Made by a program: the position numbers and the translations under genes. From Planctomycetota bacterium (GTDB lineage Bacteria > Planctomycetota > B15-G4 > JADJEK01), in NCBI GenBank assembly GCA_044225365.1, contig JBGAIQ010000009.1, positions 64,001-128,000 on the forward strand: 64,000 bases of DNA, given 5' to 3'. The notes under the pieces were generated by a model. It searched no databases. It saw nothing but the letters and a program-made list of their open reading frames with translations, and had not been told where the DNA came from. Shown piece by piece: positions 51,295 to 60,203 of this stretch (the first letter of the stretch is position 1; every line of letters begins with the position of its first letter).

Positions 51295-52551
51295 TCACGC
51301 GCCTCCTGTCGAGGCGTCGCCAGCGCTTGCGTTCGCGTCCGGTTTGGCCGGGGATTCCGCGGACGCCGAACCGCTCGTCGCGGAATCGGGCGCCTCGGAC
51401 TTCGATTCCTTGTCCTCACCGCGCGCGGCGGAGAGTTCAGCGCGGAGCCGGCGTTCGAACTCGTCGGCGCCGACGGGGCTCGCGGGGGTCGTCGAGGACG
51501 ACGACTCCGGCGAAGCGTTGCCCGGCGCGACGCCGCCGGTGAGCAGCGCTTCGCGCGCCTTCTCGACCTCGGCATCGGCCGCACTGCCACGCGGCTCGTC
51601 GTACGCAGCCTGCGTCGGGCTCTTGATCTTGATGTCGTAGCCGGTGAGACGCGAGGCGAGTCGCACGTTCTGGCCCTTGCGACCGATCGCGAGCGAGAGC
51701 TGGTCGTCGTTCACGAGCACGTGAGCGATCTGGTTGGCGTCGTCGAGCTCGATCGAGTTGATCGTCGCTGGCTTGAGCGCCTGCTGGATGAACTCTTCGG
51801 TGTCGTCGCTCCAACGGATGATGTCGATCTTCTCGCCGTTCAACTCGTCGGTGATCGCCTTGATGCGACTGCCGCGAATGCCGACGCAGGCGCCGATGCA
51901 GTCGACGCGCGAATCGATCGAATTGACCGCGATCTTGGTGCGGAAGCCCGGCTCGCGTGCCACCGCTCGGATCTCGATCACGCGATCGGAGATCTCCGGC
52001 ACTTCGAGCTCGAAGAGCTTGAGGACGAGCTCCGGTGCCGCGCGCGAGAGCATGATCTTGACCTTCGGGCCGACCTTCTTGACGTCGTACACGATGGCCT
52101 TGATGCGGTCGCCCGGGTTGTAGTTCTCGGTGCGCACCTTCTCGTGCTTCGGGACGATGCCCTCGGCACGACCCAGGTTGACGATGATGTTGCCGAGCTC
52201 GATGCGCTGTACCGCACCGGACACGATCGTGTTGACCTTGTGCTCGTAGTCGCCGTAGATGACGTCGCGTTCGGCGTCGCGGATTCGCTGGATGATGACC
52301 TGCTTCGCCGTCTGCGCGGCGATGCGGCCAAGCTCGGTCATGTTGATGCCTTCGGCTTCGAACTCGCCGTCCCAGACATCGACCTTGCCGGATTCACGAT
52401 CGATCTCGACGGCAAGGCCTTCGCGCTCGCCGTAGCGCTTCTTGACGGCGGTCAGCAACGCGCTCTCGATCGCTTCGAACAGGATCTCTTTGTCGATATC
52501 CTTGTCGCGATGGATGGCGTCGACCAGTCGAATGAGCTCTTCGCCGTTCAT
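51295..52551 (-). CDS. nusA: Transcription factor NusA
   Basis: GRIAAQTAKQVI, FELEVPEI, AREPG.RTKIAV and AIGRKGQNVRLAS. Confidence 0.97.
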   Translation of the reverse strand: MNGEELIRLVDAIHRDKDIDKEILFEAIESALLTAVKKRYGEREGLAVEIDRESGKVDVWDGEFEAEGINMTELGRIAAQTAKQVIIQRIRDAERDVIYGDYEHKVNTIVSGAVQRIELGNIIVNLGRAEGIVPKHEKVRTENYNPGDRIKAIVYDVKKVGPKVKIMLSRAAPELVLKLFELEVPEISDRVIEIRAVAREPGFRTKIAVNSIDSRVDCIGACVGIRGSRIKAITDELNGEKIDIIRWSDDTEEFIQQALKPATINSIELDDANQIAHVLVNDDQLSLAIGRKGQNVRLASRLTGYDIKIKSPTQAAYDEPRGSAADAEVEKAREALLTGGVAPGNASPESSSSTTPASPVGADEFERRLRAELSAARGEDKESKSEAPDSATSGSASAESPAKPDANASAGDASTGGA

Positions 52552-52766
52552 GGCCTCGGTACCGTCCGATCCGTTCGAATCGGCGGCGCTGTCCTTTGGA
52601 TCAGGTGATGAAAATCCGTCGCTCGCGTCTTCGGATCGCGAAACGACCGTTCGGTGAATGACCGAGCGAGCGCACCCTCGGGCTTTCGCCTCGAAGGCCG
52701 CTACCCCGCGATTCACCGACCTGCACCCCCGACTCCGGACCACCAGAAACACGACGTACGAGGCGA

Positions 52767-52800
52767 CCTCCAAAAAAAGAAAGTGGGCAGAGCCCACTTT
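52767..52800 (-). terminator. rimP-leader-like intrinsic terminator/attenuator upstream of nusA
   Basis: Minus strand reads AAAGTGGGC-TCT-GCCCACTTT-CTTTTTTT-GGAGG. Confidence 0.75.
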
Positions 52801-52984
52801 GCGGGGGTACACCTCGTGGTGCAGGCGGCGCTATCGTAAGCCGAGTCGTGAGGCCTTTCAATTGCTTTCGCCCTACCGCCCACGCGGCCCGGTAAATAAC
52901 CGTGAGACCGGGCTGCGTCGAATCGACCGCGATCCAGACTCCCCAAATGCCCAGTCGAAAGACCTCTCGAGGCCAAGAACGTAC

Positions 52985-54967
52985 ATGACTGCCCGTTCCA
53001 AGCTGTTTCTCGGCCGCGTGGCGCTCGCGGTGTTCGGCCTCGGCACGCTGGGCCCGAGCCCACGGGCAGCCGCTCGACAGCACGAAACAGAAACGCCCGT
53101 TCCCCCGCCAGCCCAGAAGCCGACGACCCCGGGCCAGGAAAATCCTCGCCGCGCATCCCGAGACGCGACGATCGAAAGCTTGATCTTCGGACCGAGCGGA
53201 CTCGTGTCCGATGGCCCCCCCGGTGCCGCGGCCGTCGCGCTCGAAGAGGCTCTCACGGCGAGCGCACACCGCCTGCGGGCGATCACCGAAGCCTGCCCCC
53301 GCCCGCTCGGGGCGATCGGTCTCGACTTCGCGAGGGCTGCAGCGACCCGTCTCGACCCCACTGCGCGACGCATCGCGACGGAACTTGCGGCGCGGGTGAC
53401 TCCCTCCGACGCCGAGGACTGGCTGCTCGCGGGAGTCTCTCCCTGGCCTCCCGACGCGGGCGCCGCGACTCCCGTTCCGAGTCTGCCGCTCCCCGTGACG
53501 GACGTCCTCGACGCACTCGGTCGCGTCGGCAGCGAACACTCGAGCCACGCGATCGCCCGCTTCCTCGCCGCGAAGGACCCGCAGGTCGCGTACGCGGCGA
53601 AGAGCGCCGCCCTGCGCATCACGCCGCGCCTGCTCGCCCTCGGAAAGTCCGAGGAGGCCGCGCTCGCGCTGCGCGCCTTCGTCACCGGCGATCCGCGCGA
53701 TCTCGTCCTGCGCGAGAATCTCGCCGTCGTGCTCGGCGTCTACCTCGAGCAGCCCGACGAGGGCCGCGCCGTCCTCGCGGCGTACCCCGAGACGGACGCG
53801 AGCCGCGGCCCGCTTTCGCACGACTTCGCCGAACTCGAAGTCGCACGCGCGATGATCGATTTCTTCGAAGGAGCGTCGGAGGGTGAACGCCACGCACTCG
53901 AACGACTGACGAGCGCCCGCGCGCGCGTGCTCGCCGCTCCGCCAGCGGTGGAAGCCGCGGCCGAGACTTTCGTGCGCGTCGAACTGTGTCGCGCGATCGT
54001 CCTGCTCGCGCAAGCGCAGCCCGATGTCGAAGCCGCCGCAAGAGCGATCGCGCTCGCCGTGGAGCACGCACCGCACGAGAACTCGCGCTACCGCTGCGAC
54101 GACGCGCTCCATGGGCCGGCAGGACCGCGTGCCTGGCTCGAACGATTGCGGCGAATCGGTCGCCCCGAGATCCGTCGCGCGTTCTATCACGCGATGGCGA
54201 AGGCCGCGCACGCCGCGGATCCCGCCGCTTCTCCCGACGCCGAGATCCCGGCGCGCAGTTGGTCCGCGCTCTTCGCCGCGTCCGCCGCTCTCGACGACGG
54301 CGATCTCGACAGCGCGATCGAGAACGCGAGCGAACTCATCACGCGGATGCAGGGCTCGTCGGCGTGGTACGACCGCACGATGCTCGGAGAGGCCGAGTAC
54401 GTGAAGGGAATGGCAACGCTCTTCCGGGGCGATGCGAAGGCAGCGTCCACGCTGCTCGAATCCGCCTTCGCGCGGATCGAGGAGCTCGCGCGCGAGGAGG
54501 TCGACTCGTGGGCGCAGGACCGCATCGAACGCAACGCGCTCGTCGAAGCGGGCGCGGCGCCGATGCGCACGTCGCTCGCCTCGACCGAGGCGAGGATGGC
54601 ACGCAGCGTCGTCGAAGCGGCGCTCGCGGCGAAGGATCGCAAGACGGCCCTGCGCTACGCCGCCGCCGCGGTCGCGGCCGATCCTTTCGATGACGCGTCG
54701 GTCGCACTCGAACTCGCCCTCGCCACGCCTGCCGAATCGAACCCGCGCGGCACGCGGGAGCGCGGCATGCGCGCCCTTTCGACCTTGCCCCGGTCGTCGG
54801 GGACGCTGCTCGATCTCGCTCGGCTCGCTGTCGCGCTGGGGGATGCGAGAGACGCTCAGACGCTCTTCGAGCGACACGTCGAATGGAATGCCCTCACGCC
54901 TGCGCGCAAGGCGATCGAAGAGGGCCGCCGCGCCCGCGACCCTCTGCTCGCCACGATCGGGCGCTGA
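52985..54967 (+). CDS. Secreted helical-repeat (TPR/HEAT-like) hypothetical protein
   Basis: Signal-peptide-like N-terminus and Ala/Leu-rich helical repeats. Confidence 0.65.
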   Translation: MTARSKLFLGRVALAVFGLGTLGPSPRAAARQHETETPVPPPAQKPTTPGQENPRRASRDATIESLIFGPSGLVSDGPPGAAAVALEEALTASAHRLRAITEACPRPLGAIGLDFARAAATRLDPTARRIATELAARVTPSDAEDWLLAGVSPWPPDAGAATPVPSLPLPVTDVLDALGRVGSEHSSHAIARFLAAKDPQVAYAAKSAALRITPRLLALGKSEEAALALRAFVTGDPRDLVLRENLAVVLGVYLEQPDEGRAVLAAYPETDASRGPLSHDFAELEVARAMIDFFEGASEGERHALERLTSARARVLAAPPAVEAAAETFVRVELCRAIVLLAQAQPDVEAAARAIALAVEHAPHENSRYRCDDALHGPAGPRAWLERLRRIGRPEIRRAFYHAMAKAAHAADPAASPDAEIPARSWSALFAASAALDDGDLDSAIENASELITRMQGSSAWYDRTMLGEAEYVKGMATLFRGDAKAASTLLESAFARIEELAREEVDSWAQDRIERNALVEAGAAPMRTSLASTEARMARSVVEAALAAKDRKTALRYAAAAVAADPFDDASVALELALATPAESNPRGTRERGMRALSTLPRSSGTLLDLARLAVALGDARDAQTLFERHVEWNALTPARKAIEEGRRARDPLLATIGR

Positions 54968-55043
54968 GCTGCGGAAAACGCGACGAGTGGCGCGGGCGAA
55001 CCGTCGCGGGATAGAATGCGCGGTCGTTCCCAGGAGCCGAGAC

Positions 55044-55250
55044 GTGAAGATTCGAATCGTCCTCAACGGACGCGTAAGAGAGATCGACGACACGACGACG
55101 ATCGCGCAGCTCCTGCTCACCCTCGAGCAGAAGCCCGCGCTGCTCGCGGTCGAGCGCAATCAGCGCATCGTGCCGAAGGCGCTCCATGCGACGACCTGCC
55201 TCGCCGATGGCGACCAGATCGAGATCGTCACGTTCGTGGGCGGAGGCTGA
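55044..55250 (+). CDS. thiS: Sulfur carrier protein ThiS
   Basis: IVLNG...[11 protein letters not shown]...[21 protein letters not shown]. Confidence 0.95.
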   Translation: MKIRIVLNGRVREIDDTTTIAQLLLTLEQKPALLAVERNQRIVPKALHATTCLADGDQIEIVTFVGGG

Positions 55251-55251
55251 G

Positions 55252-56067
55252 ATGACGACGCAGGACGCAGCGACCGAATTCGCGATCGAACCGCTCGTGG
55301 TCGGTCCGTACACGATGAAGTCTCGACTCATCGTCGGCACCGGGAAGTACCGAGATTTCGAACAGATGGAGCAGGCGATCGAGGCGTCGGGCGCCGATTG
55401 CGTGACCGTGGCGCTGCGCCGCGTCGACCTCTCCCAGAAGGAGACGATCCTCGATCATCTCGATCGGAAGAAGATCGTCCTCTTGCCGAACACCGCGGGC
55501 TGCTACACGGTCGAGGACGCGCTGCGCATCTCCCGCCTCGCGCGCGAGATGCTCGACACCACGCTCGTGAAACTCGAAGTGATCGCAGACCCGGTGACGC
55601 TCCTGCCCGATCCCATCGCGACGCTCGAAGCCACCGCGGTGCTCGTGAAGGAAGGCTTCACGGTGATGGCGTACACCAGCGACGATCCCGTGCTCGCGCG
55701 GCGGCTCGAGGCCGCGGGCGCGGCCGCCGTGATGCCGCTCGGATCCGCGATCGGTTCGGGGATGGGCATTCTCAATCGCCACAACATTCGCCTGATCCGC
55801 GACACTTTGAAGTGCCCGGTGATCGTCGATGCCGGAGTGGGCACGGCGTCGGACGTGACGGTCGCGTTCGAACTCGGCGTCGCCGGTGTGCTGTTGAACA
55901 CCGCGATCGCGCACGCGCAGGATCCCGTCCGCATGGCGCGGGCGATGCGGCTCGCGACCGAAGCCGGCATCCAGGCCTTCCGCGCAGGACGCATGCCGGC
56001 GAAGGCGTACGCGAGTCCGTCGTCGCCGACCGAGGGTCTCATCACGGGCGGGAGCAAGACGGCGTGA
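55252..56067 (+). CDS. thiG: Thiazole synthase
   Basis: [33 protein letters not shown] and VDAGVG. Confidence 0.97.
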   Translation: MTTQDAATEFAIEPLVVGPYTMKSRLIVGTGKYRDFEQMEQAIEASGADCVTVALRRVDLSQKETILDHLDRKKIVLLPNTAGCYTVEDALRISRLAREMLDTTLVKLEVIADPVTLLPDPIATLEATAVLVKEGFTVMAYTSDDPVLARRLEAAGAAAVMPLGSAIGSGMGILNRHNIRLIRDTLKCPVIVDAGVGTASDVTVAFELGVAGVLLNTAIAHAQDPVRMARAMRLATEAGIQAFRAGRMPAKAYASPSSPTEGLITGGSKTA

Positions 56068-56918
56068 CGGGCGTGGAAGACGAACTCGATTCCGGGGCCG
56101 CGGCGGATCTCGACGCGAAGGAAGCGCGACTGCGTAGAGCGGTGCGGGAGCTCGAAGGCGGCGTCGTCGTCGCGTTCTCTGGCGGCGTCGATTCGGCGCT
56201 CCTGCTCCTCGTCTGCGCGGACGAGCTGAAGGGCCGGGTGCTCGCGGTCACCGCCGAGTCGCCGTCGTTCCCGCAGCAGGATCGCCGCGACGCCGCACTC
56301 GTCGCGAAGCAGCTCGAGGTCGCTCACGTCAGCGTCTCGACGCACGAGATGAACGATCCGCAGTACGTCCAGAACGACGCCTCGCGCTGCTACTTCTGCA
56401 AGCACTCGTTGTTCGAGACCCTAGAGCCGATCGCGCGCTCCTCCGGCCTTCGCCATCTCGCGTTCGGCGCCAACCTCGACGACGAAGGCGATTATCGACC
56501 GGGCCATCGCGCCGCGGCGGAGTTCGCCGTCAAGGCGCCGCTGCTCGATGCGGGATTGCGAAAGGCCGACGTCCGCGCGCTCGCGAAGAAGCTCGGACTC
56601 TCGATCTGGAACAAGCCCGGCTCGGCGTGCCTCGCCTCGCGGATCCCCTACGGAACGGCGATCGATCCCGCCGTCCTGGCGCGCGTCGACGCCGCGGAGA
56701 ATGCGCTGCGGGAGCTCGGATTCCCGCAACTGCGCGTGCGGCATCATGGCGACGTCGCGCGTCTCGAGCTCGATCCAAGCGACATCGCGCGTGCGGCGGA
56801 ATCGCGCGAGGCGATCCACGCGGTGTTGCGCGCACAGGGCTGGCGCTATGCGACGCTCGATCTGCTCGGCTATCGCACGGGCAGTCTCAACGAAGCGCTG
56901 CCGCGACGCGAGACCTGA
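56064..56918 (+). CDS. larE: LarE-family ATP-dependent sulfur transferase (PP-loop)
   Basis: [41 protein letters not shown] and [12 protein letters not shown] overlap with thiG. Confidence 0.92.
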   Translation: MTGVEDELDSGAAADLDAKEARLRRAVRELEGGVVVAFSGGVDSALLLLVCADELKGRVLAVTAESPSFPQQDRRDAALVAKQLEVAHVSVSTHEMNDPQYVQNDASRCYFCKHSLFETLEPIARSSGLRHLAFGANLDDEGDYRPGHRAAAEFAVKAPLLDAGLRKADVRALAKKLGLSIWNKPGSACLASRIPYGTAIDPAVLARVDAAENALRELGFPQLRVRHHGDVARLELDPSDIARAAESREAIHAVLRAQGWRYATLDLLGYRTGSLNEALPRRET

Positions 56919-56942
56919 ACGATCGGCGACCCGCGTCGCCCA

Positions 56943-58226
56943 TCAGCCGCGGGTGCGGCGCAGGACGTCCGCGAGCGAGCGTGCCGAACGATAGCCGACG
57001 AGCTTCTCGACGATGCTTCCGTCCTTGTCGATGAAGACCATCGTCGGCACGATGGCCGCGTTGTGCCGCGCGGCGAGCGCGCGTTCGAGCGCCGGATTCA
57101 GTCGCACGCAGACGAAACGAGACCGCAAGAGCTCCGACACTTCGGCGTCCTGCAGAGTTCGCTGATCGAGATCACGCGCGATCTTCGACCAATCGGCGGT
57201 ATAGAGCACGCAGAGCGTCTTCTTGTCCCTCTTCGCGAGCTCCTCGCCCTTGCCGATGTCGGTGAGCCATTCCACCGGCTTGTCGGTGCGGGGGCGCGGT
57301 GGCTCGAGCTGGAGCGGGTCGGAGTCGAGCAAGGCCTGCTGCGCGGAATCGACGCTCTCCTCGCCGACGTCGACCCGCCGCGCCTCCGGCATGAGACTCG
57401 TGATTCGATACGGAATGCCGCCGAACTGGATCGGAACGGTGCATGGAACGAGTTCGAGGCCCTGCGGGAGTGGCGCGCCTGGCGCGAGTTCGATCAGTGC
57501 CCAGCGTGCCGAGCCGACGGCGTACATCGCCGTACCGCTGTCGTCATAGAGCACGACCCGCGCGTCCTTGCCGAGCAGCTTCGCGGTTCCTTCGCGCCAG
57601 TTCGCATCGATCACGAAGAGCTTCGTCATCTCCGACGGATCGTTGGAGCGCGGGAGCCAGGAATAGAACGTGAATCGGCACGCGTCCTCGATCCGGTCCG
57701 AACCGCCGGACGTCTCAACCCTCGCGCCGAAGTAGACGGTGACGGGGACCGCGGTGAATTCGACGTAGTCGGTCTCGCGCTGCGGATCCTTCACGACGAC
57801 ACCCTTCACGGGCTCTTGTTCATCGCTCCCGGAGAAGGATTGATCGCGATCGCGATCGATCCACAGCAGGTCGTAGCGATGCGTCGAGGGATTCGATTGG
57901 TCGAGGATGATCGTCTGGCGCCCACCGCGGCCGAAGCGCACGATTCCGTAGAGCGGCGTGTCGCACCGGAGCTGCGGGAGTTGCTTGATCTCGAGCATCG
58001 GTTTCTGAGCGAGCGCGATGGCGGTCGGCGAGCGCGAGACGAACGGACGCTCAGCCGGGTTCCCGGCCACGAGTTCGAGGGGGAACGACGTCTTCTTGAC
58101 GAGGTTTCCGGCCGTGATGCCAACCTGGTTCGGATCGTCCTGCTGCGGGTCGGGTTGTTGGGCGAACGCGCGGCTGAAGCACAGCGCGCCGAAGGCCACG
58201 GCGAAGGCGAACGGGAAACGAAGCAT
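56943..58226 (-). CDS. Secreted protein with C-terminal thioredoxin-like domain lacking CXXC
   Basis: Signal peptide, YTADWSKIA in place of WCxxC, and VPTMVF. Confidence 0.7.
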   Translation of the reverse strand: MLRFPFAFAVAFGALCFSRAFAQQPDPQQDDPNQVGITAGNLVKKTSFPLELVAGNPAERPFVSRSPTAIALAQKPMLEIKQLPQLRCDTPLYGIVRFGRGGRQTIILDQSNPSTHRYDLLWIDRDRDQSFSGSDEQEPVKGVVVKDPQRETDYVEFTAVPVTVYFGARVETSGGSDRIEDACRFTFYSWLPRSNDPSEMTKLFVIDANWREGTAKLLGKDARVVLYDDSGTAMYAVGSARWALIELAPGAPLPQGLELVPCTVPIQFGGIPYRITSLMPEARRVDVGEESVDSAQQALLDSDPLQLEPPRPRTDKPVEWLTDIGKGEELAKRDKKTLCVLYTADWSKIARDLDQRTLQDAEVSELLRSRFVCVRLNPALERALAARHNAAIVPTMVFIDKDGSIVEKLVGYRSARSLADVLRRTRG

Positions 58227-58290
58227 TCTCGAACTCTCTCTTCGAAGGAAGATCAGATTCTTCGGCGATCGACGGGCTCGCGCAAGAGCC

Positions 58291-59493
58291 CTACTTCTGG
58301 AAGATCGGCAAGTACTGCTGCGGCATGAGGAGGATGAGGCACGCGGACGCCGTGGAATAGACTCGACCGTAGTCGCTCTCACCGATCGAGCCCTTCGGAT
58401 CCTGGCTCTCCGCGAACTCGTCGACGATCGCCGTCTGCCACGCGCGGAACAGACTGGGATCACGGTACAGGTAGTAGGCCTCTGCCGCATAGAGCCGCGC
58501 GTAGAAGGGATGAGTATCGCCGAGAGTGCGCAGGCTGGGATTCAGAACCGGATCCTTGATCTGCATGTACTCGATGCCGCGGTCGATCACGTCGCTGGCA
58601 TAGTCGCCCGTGGCGTTGAGGGTCGCGATGGCGGCAGCCGTGAGTCCGTAACTCACCTGCTCCTTCATCATCTTGCTGTAGCAGAAGGCCCCGCTCGGCC
58701 GCTGGAGCTCCCTCACGTACTTCACGGCGTCGTCGATGCATTGCTTGTTGACGTAGATTCCGACGTCGCGTGCCGCTCGCAGGGCCTGGATCATCGTGAT
58801 GGTGACCGACCCCTCGTGCTCGGCGTCTCCGGGCTCGTAATACCAGCCGCCATCCTTCGTCTGCGACCATTCGATGAGCTGGACGGCGTCGACGAGGATC
58901 CGGCGCAGCTCGGCCATCTCGCCGCGCACGCGCTTCACCGAGCCGTCCCCGTAGGCATCGTCGATGCGGTAGGTGCCATAGGCCTCGGCGAGGGCGAGGG
59001 TCGCGTACCCGTGGCCGTGCATCTTCGACGTCCCGTCACCGGGGAACGAGAAGTAGATGTGGTTGACGTCGATGTCCTCGGCCTTGTCCTCACCCAGAAT
59101 CCGATGCGCGGTGAACGTCGTGGCGTTGCCGCACTTCATGAGGAACTGGATCGCCTTCTGCACGTTCTCGCGATACGGCCCGCGGCCGAGCGTCGAGCCA
59201 CCCGCCATGAACGCGAGCGCACTGAGGGCGGTCACGGCGACGGGAGCCGACGTCACTCCGGTATCGGACTTCGCCTTGTTGAACTGACCATCCTCGGCCT
59301 GTTGCTTCGCGAGCCACTCGAGCCCGCGCTGGCCGATCTCGAACGCGCGATCCTCGACCTCGCGCGTGGCGTGCTGGGAATTCCCGTCCGATCCGAAACC
59401 GGCGCCGCTCGGGCGGCACATCGCCTTCGCCGCGACGAGGATTGCCGCGACAGCGAGGACAGTGCTTACCGGGATGGCGCGGGCCGGGATCAT
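58291..59493 (-). CDS. Prenyltransferase/squalene-oxidase repeat protein
   Basis: GLEWLAKQQAEDG, HGYATLALAEAYG, QTKDGGWYY and ALRAARDVG. Confidence 0.85.
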   Translation of the reverse strand: MIPARAIPVSTVLAVAAILVAAKAMCRPSGAGFGSDGNSQHATREVEDRAFEIGQRGLEWLAKQQAEDGQFNKAKSDTGVTSAPVAVTALSALAFMAGGSTLGRGPYRENVQKAIQFLMKCGNATTFTAHRILGEDKAEDIDVNHIYFSFPGDGTSKMHGHGYATLALAEAYGTYRIDDAYGDGSVKRVRGEMAELRRILVDAVQLIEWSQTKDGGWYYEPGDAEHEGSVTITMIQALRAARDVGIYVNKQCIDDAVKYVRELQRPSGAFCYSKMMKEQVSYGLTAAAIATLNATGDYASDVIDRGIEYMQIKDPVLNPSLRTLGDTHPFYARLYAAEAYYLYRDPSLFRAWQTAIVDEFAESQDPKGSIGESDYGRVYSTASACLILLMPQQYLPIFQK

Positions 59494-60203
59494 CAGGGCT
59501 GCTTGCTCTTGTTCCGCGTCCGGTAGTACTGCAACAGGAGCTCTCGATAGCGGTCCGGGAACTCGTTCTGCGAGAGCTTCTGGAACATCTCCTGGACCTT
59601 CGGCGGCAGGACGCCCCAGCGGCCGGCGACGTTCTCGCGCTGGTACTTCTCCTTCTCCGACGGCGGATCGACGCCATCCGCCTTCTGCTGATCCGGCTTG
59701 CTCTTGTCCGGCCCACCATCCTTCGGCTGGCCCGATTTCTCCTCGGGCTTCTGCTTGCCCTCGCCCTTGTCCTTCTCGCCTTGCTGCTTCAGCTTGTCGA
59801 CCTCGGGATCCTTGCCCCGCTCGTCCTGCTGTTTCTGCTGGGGAGAGTTCTTGGGATCGGGCTCGCCCGACCCCTTGCCGCCGCTGTTGGACTGCCGCTT
59901 CGCCATGCGGACGAGTTCCTCGATGTCCGTCACGGCCTGCGACTGCTTGGATTGGATGTCCTTCAGCAGCTTGTCGAGATCGGCTTTCACCTGCTCGATC
60001 CTCGCGGCGGCATCCTTGGGCGCATCCTTCGCAGCCTGCAACAGCAGCTCGTCGATCTCGCCCATCTCCTTACGGATCTTGGCTTGGAGCTCCTTCGCCT
60101 TGATCTCGTCGGCTTGTCCCCCGTCCTGCGCGACCGCGCGCTGCGCGCTCACGCCCGTGAGGATCGCCGCGACGCAGAGGAATCGCTGGATGCGCGTGTT
60201 CAT
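59493..60203 (-). CDS. Secreted hypothetical protein (WGxLP...FPxRYR tail)
   Basis: Signal peptide, low-complexity linker and RWGVLPPK...FPDRYRELLLQYY. Confidence 0.75.
   Translation of the reverse strand: MNTRIQRFLCVAAILTGVSAQRAVAQDGGQADEIKAKELQAKIRKEMGEIDELLLQAAKDAPKDAAARIEQVKADLDKLLKDIQSKQSQAVTDIEELVRMAKRQSNSGGKGSGEPDPKNSPQQKQQDERGKDPEVDKLKQQGEKDKGEGKQKPEEKSGQPKDGGPDKSKPDQQKADGVDPPSEKEKYQRENVAGRWGVLPPKVQEMFQKLSQNEFPDRYRELLLQYYRTRNKSKQP

Noticed and set aside
47450-51640. Very long opposite-strand or alternate-frame ORFs (e.g. 47450-51640 +, 37399-41553 +, 11292-14306 +, 8665-10860 -)
   Set aside because: They are shadows of well-supported genes, expected from high GC and codon bias. They are Arg-rich and carry no motifs.
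54968-55043. TPP riboswitch upstream of thiS
   Set aside because: The gap is only about 75 bp and lacks the CTGAGA / CTGAT / GCGTAGG core. Only a TAGAAT -10-like hexamer is visible.
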